Shown piece after piece: positions 44,196-55,679 of a stretch of 64,000 nt of DNA; the stretch's first letter is position 1; the number at the start of each line of letters is the position of its first letter. The notes under the pieces were generated by a model that saw nothing but the letters and a program-made list of their open reading frames with translations, did no database searches and was not told where the DNA came from. The position numbers and the translations under genes were made by a program. Origin of the DNA: an uncultured Bacteroides sp. (lineage in GTDB: Bacteria; Bacteroidota; Bacteroidia; Bacteroidales; Bacteroidaceae); assembly GCA_965140635.1 (NCBI GenBank), contig OZ223290.1, positions 431 through 64,430 on the forward strand. Reading direction: 5' to 3'.

Positions 44196-44351
44196 CAGGG
44201 AAAATATTTCACGTAATAATAGGGCAAAAATAATAAAACAAGCTATCTTTGCACATCTTTTTTTAGAATATTAACCTCAAAGATTCCGGATTTTTCTAGT
44301 TATAAGTAACTTGCTAATATCGGAAATTTAAATATTATAAGCAATTAGAGT

Positions 44352-46976
44352 ATGTTGACTGCAAAAGAGATCAGAAATTCTTTCAAGAGTTTTTTCGAGT
44401 CGAAAGGACATCAGATTGTGCCTTCGGCACCCATGGTGATAAAAGATGACCCAACCCTGATGTTTACTAACGCAGGGATGAATCAATTCAAAGACATCAT
44501 TCTAGGTAATCACCTCGCAAAGTACAAAAAAGTGGCCGATTCACAAAAATGTCTGCGCGTAAGTGGCAAACACAATGATTTGGAAGAAGTAGGACATGAT
44601 ACTTATCATCACACGATGTTCGAAATGCTTGGCAACTGGTCTTTTGGCGACTACTTCAAAAAGGAAGCTATTGAGTGGGCCTGGGAATACTTAGTCGAGG
44701 TTCTCAAGATTGATTCTAACCGACTATATGCCACCGTATTTGAAGGTAACCTAGATGAAGGATTAGAAAGAGATAACGAAGCTGCTGCTATATGGGGACA
44801 ATTTTTGCCTGCCGACCGTATCATTAATGGCAACAAACATGATAATTTCTGGGAGATGGGCGATACAGGACCTTGCGGACCTTGTTCGGAAATCCACATA
44901 GACTTACGTAGCGATGCCGAACGTGCAGAAATCAACGGTCTATCATTGGTGAATCAAAGTCACCCACAAGTCATTGAAATATGGAACCTCGTGTTTATGC
45001 AGTATAACCGCAAAGCAGACGGAAGCCTAGAAGGACTACCTGCCAAAGTAATCGACACAGGTATGGGTTTTGAACGTCTTTGTATGGCTATACAAGGGAA
45101 AATATCGAACTATGACACCGATGTATTCCAACCGATTATAAAAGTTATAGCGGAAATGGCCGGAACAACTTATGGAAAAGATCCCCAAAGCGACATTGCA
45201 ATGAGAGTCATTTCCGACCACATCAGAACCATTGCTTTCTCAATTACTGACGGTCAGCTACCTTCTAATGCTAAAGCAGGATACGTCATTCGGCGCATTC
45301 TTCGCCGTGCCGTTCGTTATGGATATACTTTCTTAAATCAAAAACAAGCTTTCATACACAAATTACTCCCTGTGTTAATTGAAAACATGGGAGAAGCTTA
45401 TCCTGAACTTATAGCACAAAAAGAATTAATAGAAAAAGTAATAAAAGAAGAAGAAGACTCTTTCTTACGCACTTTGGAAACAGGTATTCGCCTGCTGGAA
45501 AAGACCATGAGCGATGCTAAAGCTGCTGGAAAAAGTGTTATTAGTGGGACAGATGCTTTCACATTATACGACACATTTGGTTTCCCTCTAGATCTTACAG
45601 AACTCATTCTTCGAGAAAATGAGATGACTGCAAATATAGAAGAGTTCAATGCTGAGATGCAAAAACAAAAGGCACGTGCCCGCAATGCAGCTGCAGTAGA
45701 GACAGGTGACTGGATTATTCTAAAAGAAGGAACAAGTGAATTCGTCGGATACGACTATACAGAATACGAAGTATCCATTCTCCGTTATCGTCAGGTAAAG
45801 CAAAAAAACAAAACATTATATCAAATAGTACTGGATTATACTCCATTCTATGCTGAGAGCGGTGGTCAGGTAGGAGATACCGGCGTCATTGTCAGTGAGA
45901 ACGAAACTGTTGAAATCATTGACACCAAAAAAGAGAACAACCTTTCAGTACATATTGCAAAGACTCTACCCAAATATCCAGAAGCAGCAATGATGGCTTG
46001 TGTCAATACAGACAAGCGTGCCGCTTGTGCCGCTAATCATTCTGCAACCCACTTAATAGATGAAGCATTAAGAGAAGTCTTAGGTACCCATGTAGAACAA
46101 AAAGGTTCTTTAGTAACACCCGATTCTCTACGTTTTGACTTTTCTCACTTCCAAAAAGTGACTGATGAAGAACTTCGAAGAGTAGAGCATCTTGTGAATG
46201 CAAAAATCCGTGCTAACATACCTTTAAAAGAATATCGCAATATTCCTATTGCCGATGCAAAAGAATTAGGAGCTATCGCATTATTCGGAGAAAAATATGG
46301 AGAAGAAGTCCGTGTTATTCAATTCGGACAATCAATAGAATTTTGTGGCGGTACACACGTCTCGGCAACCGGAAATATCGGTATGATTAGAATCGTATCA
46401 GAGAGTTCGGTGGCAGCCGGCGTAAGACGAATAGAAGCCTATACCGGCGCACGTGTAGAAGAGATGATCGACAACATTCAGGATATATTAGCTGATTTGA
46501 AATCATTATTCAACAATGCCCCCGACCTGAGAAACGTCATCAAAAAATACATTGATGAAAATGTCGGGTTAAAGAAGCAAGTTGATGAATTTATGAAAGA
46601 AAAAGAGATACAGATAAAGAAAGCCTTACTAAAAGAAGCAAAAGAAGTAAACGGTATACAAATTATCAAAACCTCCATACCTGTTTCTGCAGAAGCTATT
46701 AAAAACATTGCTTTCCAACTACGTGGAGAAATAGCAGAAAACCTATTCTTTGTTGCTGGAACTATTGACAACAACAAGCCGATGCTTACAGTCATGTTAA
46801 GCGACAATCTTGTTGCCACAGGAATGAATGCCGGCAAATTAATTAAGGAAGCAGCTAAACTGATCCAAGGAGGCGGCGGAGGCCAGGCACATTTTGCCAC
46901 AGCTGGTGGAAAAAACGTAGATGGGCTAAATGCAGCCATTGAGAAAGTAATAGAATTATCCGGCTTAGAAAAATAA
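44352..46976 (+). CDS. alaS: Alanine--tRNA ligase
   Basis: [54 protein letters not shown]. Confidence 0.99.
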   Translation: MLTAKEIRNSFKSFFESKGHQIVPSAPMVIKDDPTLMFTNAGMNQFKDIILGNHLAKYKKVADSQKCLRVSGKHNDLEEVGHDTYHHTMFEMLGNWSFGDYFKKEAIEWAWEYLVEVLKIDSNRLYATVFEGNLDEGLERDNEAAAIWGQFLPADRIINGNKHDNFWEMGDTGPCGPCSEIHIDLRSDAERAEINGLSLVNQSHPQVIEIWNLVFMQYNRKADGSLEGLPAKVIDTGMGFERLCMAIQGKISNYDTDVFQPIIKVIAEMAGTTYGKDPQSDIAMRVISDHIRTIAFSITDGQLPSNAKAGYVIRRILRRAVRYGYTFLNQKQAFIHKLLPVLIENMGEAYPELIAQKELIEKVIKEEEDSFLRTLETGIRLLEKTMSDAKAAGKSVISGTDAFTLYDTFGFPLDLTELILRENEMTANIEEFNAEMQKQKARARNAAAVETGDWIILKEGTSEFVGYDYTEYEVSILRYRQVKQKNKTLYQIVLDYTPFYAESGGQVGDTGVIVSENETVEIIDTKKENNLSVHIAKTLPKYPEAAMMACVNTDKRAACAANHSATHLIDEALREVLGTHVEQKGSLVTPDSLRFDFSHFQKVTDEELRRVEHLVNAKIRANIPLKEYRNIPIADAKELGAIALFGEKYGEEVRVIQFGQSIEFCGGTHVSATGNIGMIRIVSESSVAAGVRRIEAYTGARVEEMIDNIQDILADLKSLFNNAPDLRNVIKKYIDENVGLKKQVDEFMKEKEIQIKKALLKEAKEVNGIQIIKTSIPVSAEAIKNIAFQLRGEIAENLFFVAGTIDNNKPMLTVMLSDNLVATGMNAGKLIKEAAKLIQGGGGGQAHFATAGGKNVDGLNAAIEKVIELSGLEK

Positions 46977-46995
46977 CGATCACAATAAATAAGCA

Positions 46996-47025
46996 AAAAG
47001 AGGATGTCAATTGGCACCCTCTTTT
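46996..47025. terminator. Terminator between convergent alaS and helicase
   Basis: AAAAGAGG...CCTCTTTTG stem with A and T tracts. Confidence 0.65.
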
Positions 47026-47082
47026 GTTTTTTCCACTCAATCTAAATTACATCTACCCTAATTTAACAAACACTATATTTCT

Positions 47083-48501
47083 TTATTCAATTTGATCTTT
47101 TGGAAAATTCACTAAATACAGCGTTCCCGTTGCACGAGTAAATGCAGTATATAGCCACCTAAAATAATCAGATGTAAGTCTTTCTTCAGAAACATAACCC
47201 TGATCTAAAAAAACATTTCGCCACTGCCCTCCCTGCGCTTTATGACAAGTAATTGCATACGCATACTTCACCTGCAAAGCATTATAATACGGATCTACTT
47301 TCATTTTCTTCATCCTCTCCGATTTCAATGTCACATCCGCATAGTCCTCAAGTACGGCATAAAACAAACGATCATTATCCGTTTTAGTGAGAGCAGGAGA
47401 ATCCGTATGCAGCGTATCCAACAACATATTTACCTCTATTTCAAAATCATCATAATCAGGAAAAACGAGTTCCACTTGCGCAAAGCGAAAACCATAAAAC
47501 TCACTCGTTCTTCTCACCCTCCGTACCTTAGCCACTTCTCCGTTCGCAATAAAATCCATTTCCTGATATTCAGCAGTCCAATAATAATTATTCTTCGCCA
47601 CCATTAAATAATCTCCAGCATTCAGTTCATCTTCACGATAAAGAATAGAATTACGTATTCCCTTATTATAAATATTTGCCCGTTTATTAGAGCGACAAAC
47701 CACCATTGTTTCCTCCATCCCATCACGATCATAGCAGCCAGACAAGATTTCAATCAGTTCATCCCCTCTCACCGCACAAATATCAGCGAAGCCATTCAAC
47801 TTCACTTTTGGTAATGCAGCCCAATTTTCTTCGAAAAGTAAATGCCTCAAGCGAGTGGCGTTATACAATATCCCCGAATCTTGCGTTTGCCGAACCACTT
47901 GTGTTAGATCAGCCTCGCAAACCTCCAAACCATAACCTTTAATAGCATCTTTTGAGAGAGCCGGTCCTTCGTCCTCCCCTACAGGAGGCAGCTGAGCCGT
48001 ATCCCCCATCAGTAATAAACGACATCCCGTACCTGAATAAACAAAATGTACTAAATCATCCAACAAACGACCAGTACCAAACATTGCTCCCGAAAGTCCT
48101 TCATTAGAAATCATCGATGCTTCATCCACTATAAACAAAGTATGAGTATTCAAATTATCATTCAAAGAGAAATTACTCAGTTCGTTAGAGAACGAACGTT
48201 GTCTATATATTTTTTTATGGATCGTAAAAGCAGGATGCCCCGAATAAGCAGAAAAGACCTTAGCTGCTCTACCAGTAGGAGCAAGAAGCACAGCCTTTTG
48301 TTGTAATGCATCCATCGTACGAACCAATGCTCCAACAAGAGATGTTTTACCTGTTCCGGCATATCCTCTAAGCACGAAAGCCGTATCATTCAAAGTGGAA
48401 AGCATAAATTCCGTCAGCGCATGAACAGCCTCATTTTGCTCTGAAGTAAGCTCATAAGGAAAACTTTCCTTAATTTGTCTTTCTAAATAGTTATTTATCA
48501 T
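47083..48501 (-). CDS. ATP-dependent RecD-like helicase/exonuclease
   Basis: GYAGTGKT, APTGRAA, IVDEASM, GDTAQLPPV, YAITCHKAQG. Confidence 0.92.
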   Translation of the reverse strand: MINNYLERQIKESFPYELTSEQNEAVHALTEFMLSTLNDTAFVLRGYAGTGKTSLVGALVRTMDALQQKAVLLAPTGRAAKVFSAYSGHPAFTIHKKIYRQRSFSNELSNFSLNDNLNTHTLFIVDEASMISNEGLSGAMFGTGRLLDDLVHFVYSGTGCRLLLMGDTAQLPPVGEDEGPALSKDAIKGYGLEVCEADLTQVVRQTQDSGILYNATRLRHLLFEENWAALPKVKLNGFADICAVRGDELIEILSGCYDRDGMEETMVVCRSNKRANIYNKGIRNSILYREDELNAGDYLMVAKNNYYWTAEYQEMDFIANGEVAKVRRVRRTSEFYGFRFAQVELVFPDYDDFEIEVNMLLDTLHTDSPALTKTDNDRLFYAVLEDYADVTLKSERMKKMKVDPYYNALQVKYAYAITCHKAQGGQWRNVFLDQGYVSEERLTSDYFRWLYTAFTRATGTLYLVNFPKDQIE

Positions 48502-48596
48502 TGCATTACAATAAAAAGTTCCCTGAAATATGGGTTATTAGATTTATTTATTTTATTTTTGTGCTACGAATATAAACTAAAAAAAATACATTTATC

Positions 48597-49283
48597 ATGA
48601 AAGCTGTAATTAATACCTTATTAGGCCTTTGTGTATGTGCACTGGTGTACATCTGCTATGCTAGCATCATGGGTCCGATTAAATTCGAAAAAGAACAAAA
48701 ACACAGAGAAAAACAAGTGATAGCACGCCTGATGGACATCCGTAAAGCACAGCAGGAATTCCGTATGCGTCACGAAGGTAAATATACAGCAAGCTTTGAT
48801 ACGTTGATAGACTTTGTAAAGACCCAAAAAATCCCTTTCATCATGAAAGAAGGAATTCTTTCTGAAAAGCAGCTTGAAAATGGAATGACTGAGAAAAAAG
48901 CAATGGCGATTATCAACAAAGCCAAAAAGACCAAAAATTGGTCAAAAGTTAAATCAGCAGGACTTGAACATTTCAAGCGTGATACAATGTGGGTTGCAGT
49001 TATAGATACCATCTTCAAAAAAGATTTCAATGCAGACTCTTTAAGATATATTCCTTTCGGGAAAGGTGCTAAATTCGAAATGGCTACTAAGAGCGATAGT
49101 ACAAAATCAGGTGCTCCTATTCATCTTCTTGAAGTCAAAGCTCCTTACGATTCATTCTTACAAGGTCTTGATGAACAAGAAATCGTCAACCTAAAAGATA
49201 AACAAATTCAATTAGGAAAATATCCTGGTTTGATGGTAGGATCTCTTGATACACCAAACAATAATGCAGGTAACTGGGAATAA
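48597..49283 (+). CDS. Conserved Bacteroidetes single-pass membrane hypothetical protein
   Basis: N-terminal TM then soluble domain ending GNWE; TATTTTTG promoter at 48554-48561. Confidence 0.75.
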   Translation: MKAVINTLLGLCVCALVYICYASIMGPIKFEKEQKHREKQVIARLMDIRKAQQEFRMRHEGKYTASFDTLIDFVKTQKIPFIMKEGILSEKQLENGMTEKKAMAIINKAKKTKNWSKVKSAGLEHFKRDTMWVAVIDTIFKKDFNADSLRYIPFGKGAKFEMATKSDSTKSGAPIHLLEVKAPYDSFLQGLDEQEIVNLKDKQIQLGKYPGLMVGSLDTPNNNAGNWE

Positions 49284-49297
49284 TAACCAATAAAATT

Positions 49298-50098
49298 ATG
49301 CCCGAAAGAGCTACTGCTATAGAAAATATCGATTTCAACAAATCGGACCAATATACACTATCCATCCGTCTTAGTACGGATGGATTTTCTTTTTCCGTAT
49401 ACAATCCATTACACGAAGGAGAGACTTACTATAGTAATCATGCCATAGATCCAACATTATCTTTAACAGCCAATCTTAAGCAATTTTTCCGTACATCAGA
49501 GATTCCCAATCACCCATACAAACGGGTAAACATTGTGATGAAAGATAAACGATTCACCATGGTTCCATTGGAATTGTTTGAAGAAGAACAAATAGAAACA
49601 ATTTTTCATCATAACCATCCCCAAAAAGGGAATGAAACAATACTCTACAATGTTCTCAAAAAGAACAATATTGTTGTTATATTTGGTATAGATAAAAGTA
49701 CACACCAATTTCTTACAGAACAATATCCGGAAGCAAAATTTTATTCTCAAGTAGCACCTATGTCCGAATACCTCTCTAGCAAAAGCAGAGCAGGCAACAG
49801 TAGAAAATTATATGCTAGCTTCCAACCTAGTAATATGGACGTATATTGCTACGAGCGAGGTCGATTGCTATTGGTAAATTCCTACGAGTGTAAATTTACA
49901 GAAGATCGTATTTACTATTTGCTATATTTATGGAAGCAACTGGAATTTGATCAAGAAAAAGATGAGCTTCATTTGACGGGCACAATTAGTGATAAAGAGA
50001 AATTAACTAAAGAACTGAAAACATTCATTTCACAAGTATTTATCATCCCAATAAGTACTTTTACTAACATTGAAACACTTACATTATGCGAATTATAA
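49298..50098 (+). CDS. DUF3822 family protein
   Basis: YTLSIRLSTDGFSF, TEDRIYYLLY; conserved position before rsmD. Confidence 0.8.
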   Translation: MPERATAIENIDFNKSDQYTLSIRLSTDGFSFSVYNPLHEGETYYSNHAIDPTLSLTANLKQFFRTSEIPNHPYKRVNIVMKDKRFTMVPLELFEEEQIETIFHHNHPQKGNETILYNVLKKNNIVVIFGIDKSTHQFLTEQYPEAKFYSQVAPMSEYLSSKSRAGNSRKLYASFQPSNMDVYCYERGRLLLVNSYECKFTEDRIYYLLYLWKQLEFDQEKDELHLTGTISDKEKLTKELKTFISQVFIIPISTFTNIETLTLCEL

Positions 50099-50637
50099 GC
50101 GGAATTTACAAAGGTAGACGGTTCGAAATCCCTCCTACATTTAAGGCACGTCCTACTACTGATTTCGCAAAAGAAAGCCTTTTCAACATATTATCCAACT
50201 ATTTCGATTTTACAGATAGTATTTCTGCTCTTGACCTATTTGCTGGAACAGGAAGCATTAGTTTAGAACTTCTTTCGAGAGGTTGCGACAGAGTTGTCAG
50301 CATAGAAAAGGATCCTGCACACTACTCTTACATCAACAAGGTAATACAAGAAATAAAGACAACAAAATGCATGCCTATCCGAGGAGATGTATTCAAGTTT
50401 ATTGACAGAACAAAAGAAAAGTTTGATCTAATATTTGCAGATCCTCCATATACGCTAGAACAACTGGAAACAATTCCTGAGCTAATTTTCAAAAATGCAT
50501 TACTCAAAGAAAAAGGTATTCTGGTACTAGAACATGGCAAAAAGAATAACTTCGAGAGCCACAGCCATTTTTTAGAACGCAGAGTATACGGCAGTGTGAA
50601 CTTCTCCTTTTTCTCATCAGAGAAGCGGAGCGAGTAA
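50086..50637 (+). CDS. rsmD: 16S rRNA m2G966 methyltransferase
   Basis: MRIISG, RPTTD..KESLFN, LDLFAGTG, DPPY. Confidence 0.95.
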   Translation: MRIISGIYKGRRFEIPPTFKARPTTDFAKESLFNILSNYFDFTDSISALDLFAGTGSISLELLSRGCDRVVSIEKDPAHYSYINKVIQEIKTTKCMPIRGDVFKFIDRTKEKFDLIFADPPYTLEQLETIPELIFKNALLKEKGILVLEHGKKNNFESHSHFLERRVYGSVNFSFFSSEKRSE

Positions 50638-52056
50638 ACGCACAAACGATTCTAGCGCTCTCTTATGTAAAGGGCGCTTTTTCCAATTCTTTAGAAATAC
50701 CTGAGAACAAGCACGTTGATCTTGCACAAAAATGTCTTTCAATCTTAAAGCAGTTCCTTCATCATACATAAAGGCATTCACCTCAAAATTATGTTCAAAA
50801 CTACGAAAGTCCAAATTAGTAGAACCTATCGTAGAAAGCATATCATCAGATACCATCAGTTTGGAATGCAAAAACCCTTTGTTATAGAAATAAACTTTTA
50901 CGCCAGCACTTAACACATCTGCCAAGTAAGAACGAGAAGCCAGGCTGATGATACGGTTATCTCCACGTTTAGGTAACATCAAACGAACATCCACCCCTGC
51001 TAAAGCAGCAGTTTGCATTGCGGCTAAGATAGATTCGGTGGGCAAAAAGTATGGAGTCTGCATATAAAAATATTTTTTTGCCTCTATGATAGCCATTGTC
51101 AATCCTTGCATAATCTCTTTCCAAGGACCTATAGGATCACTCGTCACGATTTGAGCTAATCCCTCTCCAAAGAATTCTTTTTTCGGAAAATAACAAGAAG
51201 CTGAAAGCAAAGTACGATCTACAAAATACCAATCAAGCAAAAATGCTGTTTGAAGTCCATGAACAGCTTTACCCTCAATCATTACATGTGTATCACGCCA
51301 AATCCCCCAAGAGAAACCGCGTAAATATCTCTTAGCAAGATTCATTCCCCCAACAAAGCCGACCACTCCGTCAATCACTACAATCTTGCGGTGATTCCGA
51401 TAATTCACCTTACTGGTAAACAATGGGAAACGCACTTTTAAAAAAGCTCTCACCTCTATACCCGCATCTCTCATTCCCTCAAAAAAGCGATTGGGAACAT
51501 GCCAACATCCTACATCATCATATATCACTCGAACTTGTACTCCATTACGAGCCTTATCTATTAGTAAATCTCGTATTAAGCGCCCAACGGGATCATCTTC
51601 AAAAATATAATATTCCATATGAATATGATGCTTAGCCTTACTTAACTCTCTAATAAGAGCCTGTAATTTAGCATATCCGGTAGTATAGATATCAACCTTG
51701 TTTCCCTCAAAAGGAAGAGCTTGATTAATTTCCTTAAACAACTGCGACAATCTAGCATATTCAGCAGGCAACACACAATTTTCTTGCGCTAAATATTCAG
51801 CCATGGGCTTCTTCATCAAACGATTATAGCTCTTCCTGCTTATCATTTTTTCCCTACGAGTACTTCTACCAAAGAAAAAATAAAAGACCAGTCCCACTAC
51901 TGGCAGAAACATCAAAATCAAGATCCAAGCCATCGTCTTCACAGGATTGCGATTATCAAGAATAACCACAATGATTGTGCCGATTATTGCTCCGAAATAC
52001 ATTAAATCAAAAGCAATTCCTACTACTTGTGAAGCAAGAGAAGTCCAATCAATCAT
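50617..52056 (-). CDS. cls: Cardiolipin synthase
   Basis: Two N-terminal TMs and two HKD motifs (NHRKIVVID, LHSKLMVSD). Confidence 0.96.
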   Translation of the reverse strand: MIDWTSLASQVVGIAFDLMYFGAIIGTIIVVILDNRNPVKTMAWILILMFLPVVGLVFYFFFGRSTRREKMISRKSYNRLMKKPMAEYLAQENCVLPAEYARLSQLFKEINQALPFEGNKVDIYTTGYAKLQALIRELSKAKHHIHMEYYIFEDDPVGRLIRDLLIDKARNGVQVRVIYDDVGCWHVPNRFFEGMRDAGIEVRAFLKVRFPLFTSKVNYRNHRKIVVIDGVVGFVGGMNLAKRYLRGFSWGIWRDTHVMIEGKAVHGLQTAFLLDWYFVDRTLLSASCYFPKKEFFGEGLAQIVTSDPIGPWKEIMQGLTMAIIEAKKYFYMQTPYFLPTESILAAMQTAALAGVDVRLMLPKRGDNRIISLASRSYLADVLSAGVKVYFYNKGFLHSKLMVSDDMLSTIGSTNLDFRSFEHNFEVNAFMYDEGTALRLKDIFVQDQRACSQVFLKNWKKRPLHKRALESFVRLLAPLL

Positions 52057-52208
52057 TCAATAAAGATTTTGATGATAAAGAACAACAAATGTACAAATAT
52101 TTTCGAATGCAACAAAAACCAGGAAAAGAAATCCCGAACAAAGTAATACTTAGTTCGGGATCAATGAAATGGCTCTCAGAGCACGCTATATAATTAACTG
52201 GTAAAGCA

Positions 52209-55043
52209 TCAGAAAGGACCTCTTCGTCTATGGCTTCCTCTATATCGACCTCTTCCACCAGGACCGCCAAAAGGTCCCATTCTTCTCCCTTTTCCCCCAA
52301 AAGCACTTAAACGATAAACAAAGTGAACCATAAAATAACTATTGATAGCATTATACTCCGTATCACTTCGCATACTAGCCGTGATGTTACGAGATAAGTT
52401 ACTTTGTTCTTTCAAAATATCAAAAATTTGCACACTGATCGTGGCCTGTTTTTTTTTCAGGAAATTTTTAGCCAACTGTGCATTCCAGATAAGTTCATTA
52501 CGATTCAGACCGGATCCATACCCCTCTCTCATACTATAAGAGGCATCAGTAGAGAAAGTAATACTCCAAGGCAATGTAACATTAGTATTAGCACCAAAAG
52601 AGTAATCGAACGTTTCTCTATTTGCTTGTGCTTGCATTGAATTCTTCGATACGTTATATTGAATACCACTATTCAGCCCAAACTCAAACCAATCATTTCG
52701 ATAGCTTCCATTGAGTCGTTCAGACAAATTCAACGTTTTTGTTGTATTCTTCACAGCATCCTCCTTAAACAAACTAGTAAAACTCACCATATTATTATAG
52801 GAAGCATCCGAGAAAGTAGCAAGCGAAAACTTTTTATTCTTTAACGGCGTATTAAACACAAATCCTCCTCTTGCCGACCAGTTTCCATTTATATTCTCAG
52901 GCTGGGTAATCTTACCACCCGTTTCTTTATTATAAGTCACCTTACTACTTACACTATTAATAGTATTTGTAAAGCCAAGATGAAGCATAATCCCCTGTTG
53001 CTTCTCGGGCAAAAATGCATTATAGAACATCATAAAATTATTACTATACGAAGGTTTTAGAGAAGGATTACCTTTTGATATATTTAAAGGGTCGGAAACA
53101 TCCGTAATAGGAAGCAATTGAGTCATACTCGGTTGAGAAGTCCTCCCACGATAATTAATGCGCAACTGACTTTGTTTGTTAAAGCGATAACGAAAATCAA
53201 AAGTCGGAGAGAAATTAACCACATCTCGTGTTGTATCGACCTGAATACTCCCCTGCTCATAGCTAGTTGTGGAGCGTTGAGGTTGCACACTAAAACCTAT
53301 ATTATACTGATATTTTTCACGAATCGTTTTCAACGAAATATTAAACTCATGCGTATCATACGTATTCTCATAAAACTTACTCAACGAATCAATCGGGTTA
53401 TTCAAATAATTATTTGGATCTGTATAATCATAAGTATTCTTATCCGTTTTTTGGAATCGATGTTGATAACTATACCTGAACTGCAAAAATTGCTTTGTAA
53501 AAATAGGCTCGCTATACGTTGCCTGAATGCGATAATTATACCCTGTATTCATGTTATCAATATACTGATTCTGCAACGACAGAGAGTCCGCTTTAAAATA
53601 ACGTACTTTTGAATAAGACTCCTGATTAGAATCATCATTACTATAACCATACGACATTCTCAAAGTAATATTCCTACCCTTATTATTAAGTCTACGGTTA
53701 ATCTGCAAATTCCCATCTGTAGAGACATTATCACTAGAATTGTTAACCGTACGGAAATTATAATTGACCAATGCTGTATCTTCTTCTATAGACTGAGTAA
53801 AAAATAAAGAATCGAGCGCATACTGAAATAAATTATCGTTATTAGAAATCAATGATTGAGAGCCGTTTATATTATTATTAGAACTATACGAAAAAGAAGG
53901 GCGAAAAATGATATTCGTCAAAGTATCAGGTTTCCATTCCATACGAAAATCTGCATTCACCGTTTCCGACTTGTTCATCTGAGCATTAAGAGATTTAGAG
54001 AAAGAAGAACCACTTTGCAAGAAAGTCTCCGATTGACTGGAAGTTTGTACATTCCTATCAGAGTGTGAATAATTTATACTCCCTCCTAATTCAAGTTTCT
54101 CTCTAGCCGTTGCAAAATTTGCACCAGTCGTTTTAACAGCATTGACCCCATTATTTGATCTGCCCCCCCATCGAAATCCTCCTCCACCGGGAAAGCCCTG
54201 ATTATTGACATTATTCACATTACCAATCAAGCTGAATTGATCTCCGTCAGTAAAACGATTCAGCATTGTTTTTCCTGTATAGCGCTCTTTATTCCCATAT
54301 CCAAGGTCTAAATTGCCAAACCATCCCTGATTCATCCCCTTCTTTACACTTAAATCAAGAACAGCCTCTTCTTCTCCATCATCAATACCGGTAATACGAG
54401 CCAAGTCAGATTTCTTATCATAAGATTTCACCTTATCAATCATCTCAACAGGCAAATTTTTCATGGCCACCTTAGGATCCTGAGAAAAGAATTCCTTACC
54501 ATTGACCATAATCTTTTTGATCTGTTTCCCATTAATTGTGATTGTACCATCCTCCGCAACCTGAGCTCCAGGAAGTTTTTTAATTAATTCCTCAAGCATG
54601 GCCCCTTGTGGCACTCTATAGGCAGAAGAGTTATAAACTAAAGTATCTTCCGATACTGTTACCTGAGGAGCCTCAGCAGTAACAACTGCTTCTTTTAAAA
54701 GAATGGAATTGGTGTTCAAAGCAATAGTGCCGATATTTTTAACTGGACTAGAAGTTGAAAGTTGTAAAGGAATATCTTTAGTACGAAAACCAATATAAGA
54801 AACCATTAAGACATACTTTCCAGATTTTACACTCGGAAGAGTAAAGGTCCCTTTAGAGACCGTCGCCGCTCCGGTGACATAAGTACTATCTGGCAAAGAC
54901 AACAAACGAATAGTAGCCTGTTCTATCGGTTCTTTACTATCTGCTTCAATTACCTTTCCCGATACTACGATATTTTTATTCTCTGCTAAAGCAGGGACAA
55001 CGCTTAGCAATAATAACAGAGTCCCAAGGATGATTCTTTTCAT
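52209..55043 (-). CDS. Outer-membrane beta-barrel protein (TonB-receptor-like, carboxypeptidase-regulatory N-domain)
   Basis: Signal peptide MKRIILGTLL (ATG 55043), CarboxypepD_reg-like domain, LIKKLPGA..NGKEFF plug, barrel. Confidence 0.8.
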   Translation of the reverse strand: MKRIILGTLLLLLSVVPALAENKNIVVSGKVIEADSKEPIEQATIRLLSLPDSTYVTGAATVSKGTFTLPSVKSGKYVLMVSYIGFRTKDIPLQLSTSSPVKNIGTIALNTNSILLKEAVVTAEAPQVTVSEDTLVYNSSAYRVPQGAMLEELIKKLPGAQVAEDGTITINGKQIKKIMVNGKEFFSQDPKVAMKNLPVEMIDKVKSYDKKSDLARITGIDDGEEEAVLDLSVKKGMNQGWFGNLDLGYGNKERYTGKTMLNRFTDGDQFSLIGNVNNVNNQGFPGGGGFRWGGRSNNGVNAVKTTGANFATAREKLELGGSINYSHSDRNVQTSSQSETFLQSGSSFSKSLNAQMNKSETVNADFRMEWKPDTLTNIIFRPSFSYSSNNNINGSQSLISNNDNLFQYALDSLFFTQSIEEDTALVNYNFRTVNNSSDNVSTDGNLQINRRLNNKGRNITLRMSYGYSNDDSNQESYSKVRYFKADSLSLQNQYIDNMNTGYNYRIQATYSEPIFTKQFLQFRYSYQHRFQKTDKNTYDYTDPNNYLNNPIDSLSKFYENTYDTHEFNISLKTIREKYQYNIGFSVQPQRSTTSYEQGSIQVDTTRDVVNFSPTFDFRYRFNKQSQLRINYRGRTSQPSMTQLLPITDVSDPLNISKGNPSLKPSYSNNFMMFYNAFLPEKQQGIMLHLGFTNTINSVSSKVTYNKETGGKITQPENINGNWSARGGFVFNTPLKNKKFSLATFSDASYNNMVSFTSLFKEDAVKNTTKTLNLSERLNGSYRNDWFEFGLNSGIQYNVSKNSMQAQANRETFDYSFGANTNVTLPWSITFSTDASYSMREGYGSGLNRNELIWNAQLAKNFLKKKQATISVQIFDILKEQSNLSRNITASMRSDTEYNAINSYFMVHFVYRLSAFGGKGRRMGPFGGPGGRGRYRGSHRRRGPF

Positions 55044-55114
55044 AGTCTGTCTATATGAATGATAACAACTCATCCTTTGACGAGTCATAATATAAAAGGT
55101 TTAACCCACTGACG

Positions 55115-55519
55115 TTATTTTTTAAATATTTTATTTACAGTGGATTTTTTCATTCCATATTCAAGGCAAATCACATTTGTTATTAAGAAGATAAGAAAAG
55201 AAGAAGTATCGACAGACAACAGATCTCCTTTCGCTACTCGATAGAGCATACCACCGAAAAGAAAAAGAAAAGTGAAATATACGGCATAACGCATAGCATC
55301 CACTCTAATGTGTTCTGTCTCTTTCGACTCATTTTTACTTAAAGCCATAAGAATCATCAATGCCCCCAACATCATCAATAATTTGGTACATTCTTTGTAA
55401 AAGAGCAGGTTACTGTCAGTAACAATTCCTTGCATAACCAAGAAAAAAGGAATAAATAAAGAAAATACTAAAATGACATATCCCAGCGGGCGACAAAAAA
55501 TAGGTAACATTGCTTTCAT
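55115..55519 (-). CDS. Small conserved multi-pass membrane protein
   Basis: Four hydrophobic segments; co-oriented 72 nt upstream of the barrel gene. Confidence 0.65.
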   Translation of the reverse strand: MKAMLPIFCRPLGYVILVFSLFIPFFLVMQGIVTDSNLLFYKECTKLLMMLGALMILMALSKNESKETEHIRVDAMRYAVYFTFLFLFGGMLYRVAKGDLLSVDTSSFLIFLITNVICLEYGMKKSTVNKIFKK

Positions 55520-55679
55520 AATTTTCTAATTAAGTGTGTTTAGACAAAAGTACCTCATTTGCTGATAAATACAGATAATTTATTCATTAAATAAGAGGAT
55601 GTTTCATTTTTTTAAGCCCTCGACTTTAAGTTTTACGACATAAGCTTTATCTTTGTGAATTAAGAAATAATGATCCATT

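Noticed and set aside
50617-50637. Tail-to-tail overlaps (rsmD/cls 21 nt; mscS/transporter 4 nt)
   Set aside because: Short convergent overlaps are common in compact genomes and I see no sign of a special function.
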